Assembly: GCA_030765785.1 (NCBI GenBank)
Contig: JAVCCC010000032.1
Span: 5,787-69,786 of the forward strand
DNA from: Candidatus Aceula lacicola
GTDB taxonomy: Bacteria > Omnitrophota > Gorgyraeia > Zapsychrales > Aceulaceae
Direction: 5' to 3'
Length of the DNA stretch: 64,000 bases
A program made the translations under genes and the position numbers. Positions within the stretch are counted from its first letter, which is position 1, and each line of letters starts with the position of its first letter. This document shows, piece after piece, positions 1 through 7,500 of this stretch. The notes under the pieces were generated by a model that ran no database searches, had not been told where the DNA came from, and saw nothing but the letters and a program-made list of their open reading frames with translations.

Positions 1-2
1 CT

Positions 3-3000
3 TTAACAATTCCAGAAAAAGATTTGTGGGTCAATCTTTCTCCTTATGAAGAAAACCGCATTGTCGAAAAGAATTTCTCAGAAACAGACATGGGGAGAGA
101 TCTTTTGGCGCAAGATTATCTTTTAAAGCAAGTCGTGACCACATTGATTTATCCAGAGGGAGAGATAGGAAAAAAGTTTTGGGAAAAAGTTTACAAGAAA
201 GCATATGAACTTTTTGGTACGACTGAAGTCTCTGTTGATTCCTTGAACAAAGTGTGGATTGTTCCTGATAAGGCTGTTGTTTACGAAAGAGGAAATATGG
301 CTTTTGTTGCAGAGTCGAATCTTAAGGTTTTTATGGAAAAAGATTATTTGGCATCGAAAGAATATCAAAAAGATTCTTTAAGCAAGGAAAAGTTAAACGT
401 TGATCAGAAGCCTAAGCGAATGGATTTTTCAGATCAAATCGTTCAGGAAGTCATCATTCCAGAATTGGAGAAAGAAGTAAATTTTGGGAAAACTTTCAGT
501 CCTTTACGGCAAATTTATCATGCTCTTATTTTGGCAGATTGGTTTAAAAAGAAATTATCAAACAGTCTTATCAATTATGTTTATACAGGCAAAGGAAAAA
601 CTTCTGGAATAGATGTTTATGATCAAAAGGAGGCTGGAAGAATTTATTCTCAATATATTGAGAATTATAAAAAAGGGACTTGTGATTATCTTAAAGCAGA
701 ATATGATCCATTTTTAAAAAAATATGTTCCTCGCAAGTATTTTTCGGGTGGAGTAACTTGTATGAATGTTGATAGCCAAGTCCTAGACAATCCCGACGAC
801 CTTTCCTCTTCTAATTTAAAGAATATTAAAAGGGATGCCGTGAAGTATCATATTGCTTTGCAGCAGGCACCTTCTCAGTTATCTAGCTCAATTTCTTCAG
901 ATGCAATTCTTCCTAAGGATGGATCGATTTTCAATAGTGAGTTTGCGCCTGGCGAATTTGTTCGTCAGCTTCCTGAGGAAAATCGCGAGTGGCATATGGA
1001 AAACTTAAAGGAGTGGATCATTGAGAACGCAGAGAGATATTTGAATGAGCGGCTTTCCGGTGCTATTCGTTGGGATATTTTTATGAACCACTCCTTGCCT
1101 TATTTTGGGTTTTCGAATGATCAGATATTAGAAATTGTTGATCGTCTTAAAGTAGAGGAGAAGTCTTTAAAGATTTCTTCTGAAGGTAATCGTCCGGCTG
1201 AGTGGGAAATGATTGAATCCCTTAAGAGTTCGGCGTGGCCCTATACACAGATAATGGCAAAGAATATCATTGCTTATTTAAGGTTTGAAGAGAGTGAATC
1301 TGCCGAAAAGGATTTTTCAGAGATTTTTAGGAGTGGACAAATTTTTAAAGAGAATATTATTTTTTCAATTTCTGGAATAAAAGAAAGCTACAAGCTTTAT
1401 CCGTATTTGCGACAAATTATTAAGGATACGTTTTTTTTATCGAGTTCAAAAACAGAAAGAATTGATAAGTTAATGCGCATCGCAGAACGTGAAGTCAATG
1501 TAAGCACGCACAAAGGACAAGACCTTTTGAATTTTTCTAACTTAAAGAAAATATTAGAAAGTAATCATCAAAGACGAAGAACGGGACCAAATGCAACCTA
1601 TGATCCTGAGGTTACGGAGGCTCTAGAAGAGTTAAAGATTCTGGCAGCAAGCCTGATCGATAAAACACCGGGGGCTATTGATGATGTTAAAGAAATTGTT
1701 AGCATATATTGCGATCAAGACATCTTGCTTAGACTTGAAGATGCTGTCGAGCTGTTTTCTGGCGGAGATAATCTTGAGGCGATTCTTGTGTTAACAAATA
1801 TTAGGTCAGATCTTTATTTGTTAATTGTCGAGCAAATAAAACAAGCAGATAAAATTAATCATAGTCGTCAGCAGCGCTATGGTCCCCATATTTCTCAGTC
1901 TCAAGAGAAGGCAACAATAGCTTATAAGCTTATGGAGGCAGATATTTTGATTGAGCAGATGATTGTTGATTCTTCTACGGAAGCTTTTTCTTTGGTTAGA
2001 AGCAACGCAAGTTTAAAATCTTTTTCTTTAGAGAATGTTAAAGATATTATCTTGTCGGTATACATTATTGCTAAAAATATGTCTCATTCGATCGGTGCGC
2101 AGCCAGCGTTAAATGTTTTTGCTGATAATTTAATCAAGCTAAGAGATTCTGACCATCTTGGCGAAGAAAAGGAATATTATAGAATTTATGGGTTAATTCA
2201 GCAGATTGAAGCTGAGCTTGCTGATAATGTTGATAATTTGGTGAAGGAATTTAAATTTCGCGTTGAAGCCATGCAAAAGAATCAAGGTGTTAATGATTAT
2301 GAAGATACGCCTGAGTCCCTAGGGTTTGTTCAGGATTTTCTGATTTCAACGATGTTAAGGCAATTTAGCGAACGATTTCTTTTGGATTGTAGGAAAATAA
2401 TTGATGAGATGGAGGGCCCTCAAGATTTGACGATGACAGTCGATTCGGTTTCTCAACGAAAGGTTAGAAAGATCGTAAACGTTCCTGTTGATCTAGATCA
2501 CATTCCTTTAATCGTTAGTTTTGAGTCAGCAACAGAAGATCAAATGAGGAAGATTGGATCTAAAGCCTTTGGCCTTTACATCATGAAGAAATTGGGTATG
2601 CCTGTTCCCCCGTGGTTTGTGATCCGGGCAAAGCCTCGAAAGGATATTTTTGATATTAATGAAGTCCGAGATGAGCTGGAAAACCAGATTAAGGAAATTG
2701 AAAAAAGTAGCGGAACAAAAATAGGAGACCCAAAGAATCCTTTGTTGTTTTCTTTGAGATCAGTATTTCAGGTTTCTATGCCGGGAGAGTTTCCAACAGT
2801 TTTAAATGTAGGGATGAATCAAGAAGTTTTTGAAGGATTGAAGGAATCTAGGGGTGAGAAATTCGCTTTAATTAGCTATCTTGCTTTCTTAAAAACATAT
2901 GCAGATATGTTATATCCTAATTTATCAGATAGAGTAAATATGGATGATTTTTTAGGAGACGATCAAGATATTGATAGTTTATTGGATTTTTTAAGTGGAC

Positions 3001-4202
3001 TTAAGATTTTTTTAAAGCAGTCTAAAATCAAAATTCCCGAAGATCCTTGGCAGCAAATAGAAATTATTGTAGATCATATTATGAATAAATCAACGACACC
3101 AGAAATAGAGAATTTCTTGGCTTTGCATGGTCTCCCAGATTCTTGGAAAGTGAGTGTTATTTTTCAGAAAATGGAGTTTGGCTATTTAAACGATGAATCT
3201 TATACGGCAGTTGCTCACACGAGGGATGTGATGACTGGCGAAGATAAATTTGACATTGAGGCGATTTATGGAGCAACAGGAGAGTCTGTTGTTGGGAAAA
3301 GAAGCTCTGCGCGCCAAGTTCATAATATTCTCCCGGTGGAGGATGAAGAAATGCTAGAAATTTTTAAGCCGCAGTTAGAAAAAATATTTGGTGGCCCTGT
3401 TGAGCTTGAAATTACCAGGGGCGAAAAGCTTCATTTCCTTCAAGCTAGAACAGGACATCTTGGGGCGCAAGCGCTAAAGAAAAGCTTGAACGATTTGGTT
3501 CAAGAGAAAATTTTAACAAAGGAAGAGGCGGCTTTTCAGATTGAAATTGCTGAGACCCTTTCTGGCAAGAATGAAATCTTTCCTAACGCAGAGTCTTTGG
3601 TTATCGCTGGTGGAATTAGCGGGGGCGTCATGGCAGGGCCAATTTGCTTATCTCTTGATCAGGCAAGGAAAGCCATGAGTGACGGGGAAAATGCTATTTT
3701 AATTCTAGAAAATACACCTGATAGAAATGATAAATCTTATTATGGAAAGAACCTAGGGGTTGTCACGGCTCACGGAGGCCCATCTCAACATTTTTCTGTT
3801 TGGTCAAGACAATATCACATGCCTTACATTTCGATGGTAAAAGACATTGAAATTGATCTGGGCAACAAAAAGATTAAAATGGGAGGCAGGCAGTTTAAAG
3901 AGGGAGATGTTGTCACGATGGATGGTTATCGTGGATTGATTTTTAATGGAAATGTTGTTAAGAATTCTTCTCCAGCGGGAAAAGGGGTCGGATCCTCTGC
4001 TGTTGGTGGTATCGACTTGAGTCGGACGTTTGAATCCTTAAATATAAAGATGGATCAGTCTGGATCACCTTTGCCTGTCGAGTTTCAAGATATTGATCAG
4101 ATTCATATTCGAGGATTGATTCCCGTGATTATTAATGTTGTGCCTGTTCAGAATGTATCAACGCTTCTTGGGATTAACGCAAAAGGTTTAGTTGGATTCT
4201 AA
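3..4202 (+). CDS. Large modular protein, 5'-truncated by the window edge: conserved N-terminal carrier module + helical region + PPDK-like ATP-grasp and phospho-His swivel domains + conserved C-terminal tail
   Basis: The frame is open from base 3 (LTIPEKDLWVNLSPYEE), matching AITVPDEDLWVNLSPYEQ in the next ORF, so the TTG at 24 is not the true start. PPDK-like motifs: IGSKAFGL..LGMPVPP, PLLFSLRS..SMPG, FLQAR, GGPSQH. Tail: GGIDL..LNIKMDQSGSPLP. Confidence 0.85.
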   Translation, partial: LTIPEKDLWVNLSPYEENRIVEKNFSETDMGRDLLAQDYLLKQVVTTLIYPEGEIGKKFWEKVYKKAYELFGTTEVSVDSLNKVWIVPDKAVVYERGNMAFVAESNLKVFMEKDYLASKEYQKDSLSKEKLNVDQKPKRMDFSDQIVQEVIIPELEKEVNFGKTFSPLRQIYHALILADWFKKKLSNSLINYVYTGKGKTSGIDVYDQKEAGRIYSQYIENYKKGTCDYLKAEYDPFLKKYVPRKYFSGGVTCMNVDSQVLDNPDDLSSSNLKNIKRDAVKYHIALQQAPSQLSSSISSDAILPKDGSIFNSEFAPGEFVRQLPEENREWHMENLKEWIIENAERYLNERLSGAIRWDIFMNHSLPYFGFSNDQILEIVDRLKVEEKSLKISSEGNRPAEWEMIESLKSSAWPYTQIMAKNIIAYLRFEESESAEKDFSEIFRSGQIFKENIIFSISGIKESYKLYPYLRQIIKDTFFLSSSKTERIDKLMRIAEREVNVSTHKGQDLLNFSNLKKILESNHQRRRTGPNATYDPEVTEALEELKILAASLIDKTPGAIDDVKEIVSIYCDQDILLRLEDAVELFSGGDNLEAILVLTNIRSDLYLLIVEQIKQADKINHSRQQRYGPHISQSQEKATIAYKLMEADILIEQMIVDSSTEAFSLVRSNASLKSFSLENVKDIILSVYIIAKNMSHSIGAQPALNVFADNLIKLRDSDHLGEEKEYYRIYGLIQQIEAELADNVDNLVKEFKFRVEAMQKNQGVNDYEDTPESLGFVQDFLISTMLRQFSERFLLDCRKIIDEMEGPQDLTMTVDSVSQRKVRKIVNVPVDLDHIPLIVSFESATEDQMRKIGSKAFGLYIMKKLGMPVPPWFVIRAKPRKDIFDINEVRDELENQIKEIEKSSGTKIGDPKNPLLFSLRSVFQVSMPGEFPTVLNVGMNQEVFEGLKESRGEKFALISYLAFLKTYADMLYPNLSDRVNMDDFLGDDQDIDSLLDFLSGLKIFLKQSKIKIPEDPWQQIEIIVDHIMNKSTTPEIENFLALHGLPDSWKVSVIFQKMEFGYLNDESYTAVAHTRDVMTGEDKFDIEAIYGATGESVVGKRSSARQVHNILPVEDEEMLEIFKPQLEKIFGGPVELEITRGEKLHFLQARTGHLGAQALKKSLNDLVQEKILTKEEAAFQIEIAETLSGKNEIFPNAESLVIAGGISGGVMAGPICLSLDQARKAMSDGENAILILENTPDRNDKSYYGKNLGVVTAHGGPSQHFSVWSRQYHMPYISMVKDIEIDLGNKKIKMGGRQFKEGDVVTMDGYRGLIFNGNVVKNSSPAGKGVGSSAVGGIDLSRTFESLNIKMDQSGSPLPVEFQDIDQIHIRGLIPVIINVVPVQNVSTLLGINAKGLVGF

Positions 4203-4354
4203 GGTAAATCAGAATTGCTAGAATTTTTTATTAGAAATCTTGTATTTTATTTTTATCTTTTTTGAAGAACTTTTTCAAGCCTGTAAGGCATTTGCTGTGA
4301 GTATGTTAGAATATAGACATTTACTAGGACTGTGAGATATTGAGCTTCAAAACC

Positions 4355-4382
4355 TTGCTTTTTCTTAGAAATATGCTATATT
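4355..4382 (+). promoter_or_regulatory. Putative sigma70 promoter for the 4558 gene (TTGCTT-16 bp-TATATT with an extended -10 TG)
   Basis: TTGCTT at 4355-4360, TG at 4374-4375 and TATATT at 4377-4382, in the intergenic region upstream of an AAGGAG RBS and the ATG at 4558. Confidence 0.55.
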
Positions 4383-4386
4383 TTTA

Positions 4387-4417
4387 CAAACGTTTTCAAA
4401 AGAAAACGTTTTCAAAA
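4387..4417. promoter_or_regulatory. Tandem LacI-family-like operator (AAACGTTTTCAAAA twice; perfect palindrome GAAAACGTTTTC at 4402-4413)
   Basis: Direct repeat with a 16-bp period immediately downstream of the predicted -10. The central AAACGTTT core is typical of LacI/PurR-type sites. Confidence 0.55.
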
Positions 4418-4557
4418 CCCTGACATTATTTTTATAATTTTTTTTCTATCAGTTAGGGGCAAAAATGCCACGATTTTATATATTTTAAAATAAACAAATA
4501 ACAATTAAACTTCATTTCTCAAATTAATTCGCCACGGAGAAAAAAAGGAGTAAATTC

Positions 4558-7500
4558 ATGATCAGTACATTCGAAGCGAGAAAATCAACTTTCTCTTATA
4601 AGGCACTTTGTGCGTTTGTCGCATTCGCTTTTTTTGCGACAATGGTTATTTTCCCTAATACAGCTCAGGCTCAAGGTGTGGCTAGTTTGCCGGCACCTGG
4701 AACTATGATCGGTATGACACCGGCATTTGCACCGCCAATTATTAAGGGTGTGCAGATTGATCCGCAGCATCCATTCCAGTTTAATTTTGTTCTTGATACT
4801 GGAGATGACCATGTCTCAGGCAAAAAGCTTGAACGCGAAGCCGACAAACTTATCAAATATTTCTTAGCTGCGATTACTGTTCCTGATGAAGATTTATGGG
4901 TGAACCTTTCTCCATATGAACAAGACCGCATCGTTCCAGAAGAATTTGGAAAAACAGAAATGGGACGTGATCTTTTGGCTCAGGATTATATTTTAAAACA
5001 ATTTACGGCATCCTTGATTTATCCTGAAGATGAGCTTGGAAAAACGTTCTGGGATCGAGTATACAAAAAAGCATATGAAAAGTATGGCACAACGGATATC
5101 CCTGTTAATACTTTTAACAAAGTATGGGTTATTCCTGAGACAGCCGTTGTTTATGAGCATGAAGGCACAAGCGCTTTTGTTGTTGAAAGACATCTAAAAG
5201 TTATGCTTGAAGAGGACTATCTTGCCTTATCGAATAATTTAAATAATGAAAAAATTGGAACAAGCCTTCAGGGTGAGGCTGAATCTAAAGATGTGAATAG
5301 TATTTCTTCTGAGATTGTTCGAGAAATTCTTATTCCAGAGATTGAGAAAGAAGTTAACTTTGGAAAGAATTTTGCTAACCTTCGCCAGATTTATAATGCT
5401 ATGATTTTATCAACTTGGTACAAAAGACAGTTGCGCGAAAGTGTTTTTGCTGGTGCGTATGCGAATAAAAATAAAGTTTCTGGTGTTGATATTGCCGATA
5501 AAGCGCAAGCGCAGAAAATTTATAATCAGTATTTGGAAGCGTTTAAAAAAGGTGTTTGCGACTATATTAAGGTAGAGCAAGATTCTCAAACGGGAAGAAA
5601 TATTCCAAGAAAATATTTTTCTGGTGGTTCGAAGCATGTTTCAAAAAATGTTCGTGTTAAAAAGAATTTATCGTCTTTGACATCAAGACAAGCAGGAGAA
5701 TTCAGCGCGAGCGCTGGACCTTTGGCTGTTGTTAAGGGTTTTGCGGATCCGGCTAACATTAAGTCGGCAGGAGAGAGAGCAGTTTTAGGATACAGAGGTG
5801 CAAAGGATGATGTATCGGGTTCTCCAATAGTTGTCGATGACATAGATGGTAAGGATGAGTACGTCCTTCAAGTAGGAAGTGAGGGAGTTTTTGTTAAGGA
5901 TAAAAATTGGGTTCAATTTATAGGAAAGAGATTGAGGCCAATTCAAGCATTAGAGAAAGCAATCGATGTTTTTCTCTCTAAGCATTTTTCTAAAATAGAT
6001 TATGAAAGTATAGTTTTGCAATGGGATCGAGCTCAAACTCGATTAGATGGGGTTGATGTTGTCTCATTGTCTCAAGGGAAGATAGATCAGATATCGGAAT
6101 CGTTAAAAAAGGCATCAAAACGCAGTCAGAGTCTAGACACAGATTTTAAGATTATGATGGATAATTTAAAATTTTATCAAGATCGACTTGAAAAAATAGT
6201 TGGAGACCTTGCGTATGAGGTGAGTAATGGCAAGAAAGTTTCTGAAATAAATTCGAACGATCTTTTGAGAAAGGCCAGAGAAGGGGAAAAAGATACAAAA
6301 ATTTTAGATGAATCTGGTTTGACAAAATTATTCAGGAAAGTAAGTGGATTTTTAAGGCTTGAACAATTTACAGCGATTAATGTCGCTGTTTCTCTTCATA
6401 GTATGCTTTTAAAATTTGCTGGAACAGATGCTCCTGGTTGGCAGTGGGCTTTGTGGGCGTTAGCTACCTTTTCTGTCACAACCATTATTCATGAGTTAGG
6501 TCACTGGTATCAAGGTCAGAAATCTAACACTCTTACATTGGAAGAAATTCCTTTTAAGATTATAAGAGATTCAGGAAAAATAAAGGATTCTTTGCTACTA
6601 AAATATTACAAGAATCAATCTGTTCTAAAACAATCGATTGAGGAGAAGATGCTTAAAGATAAGCTTTTTAAAGAAGAAGTTGAAGATTTTGTGAAAGGCC
6701 TTGAGTTTAAAAGTGTTTCTGGAGATAAACTGATTTTTGATGTTAGCGAAATTGATAAAAAACTTTCTGATGGAAAGAAAGAAAAGTTTTTTGAATATTT
6801 TGAAAAAGATAGCTGGCTGATGGATTCTAAAAAAGAGCACGAAATGCGAACAGGTATGGCTAATTATTGGGAAAAGACAAAATTGATTAACCGTTTAAAA
6901 AGACATGATATTATTAAGGGGTCAAAGTGGATTCCAGAATGGCTGACTTTTAACGCGCGAGGCTTGCAAGTTAATTTTAGCCGAACAACTTTGCAAAATC
7001 TTGCCTATGGGCCTCTTTTTAGCGCTTGGATGACAGGGGGAGCGATAGCGGTTTTGTTGGCTTCTCTTATTGTTCCTGGACTAGCCACAACATGGGTTCC
7101 TGGACTAGCGCTAACAACAGTTGTCATTGGGCTTTTTAATTCCATTTTTGCTGATAATTCAGCTCTTTTAGATTTAATAAAAGAAAAAAGGTTGGACCGA
7201 GCACGTAAAAAGGCAGTTAAGGCAGGTGTTGGCAAAGAAGAAGCAAAAACCATAGATGTTGATTTGCTTGTTAAGGGTAAAGATGGCAAGATGAGATCTT
7301 GGAGCATGATGAATCCTGAAGATATCAGAAGCATTGTGCGATATGATGAAAAAAAGAATGTTTATGTTCTCCCAGCAATGATTCATTGTAACGTTATTAA
7401 TGGCGGAAAACATTCAGACGGAAGCGCAACATTTCAGGAGTGGATGTATTTGCCTCTTGGGTCTGAGAGTGTTGATGAGGCCTTAGAAAAATTAACTGAC

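Noticed and set aside
24-26. TTG start for the first ORF
   Set aside because: The frame is open to the window edge and homology with the paralog continues upstream, so the gene starts before base 1.
4387-4417. Direct repeat as a CRISPR or iteron array
   Set aside because: Two short adjacent copies with no spacers and no cas or rep genes; better explained as operators.
7072-7109. 14-bp direct repeat GTTCCTGGACTAGC (VPGLA twice)
   Set aside because: Only two copies, in frame within a TM segment; a small internal duplication, not a CRISPR array or mobile-element footprint.
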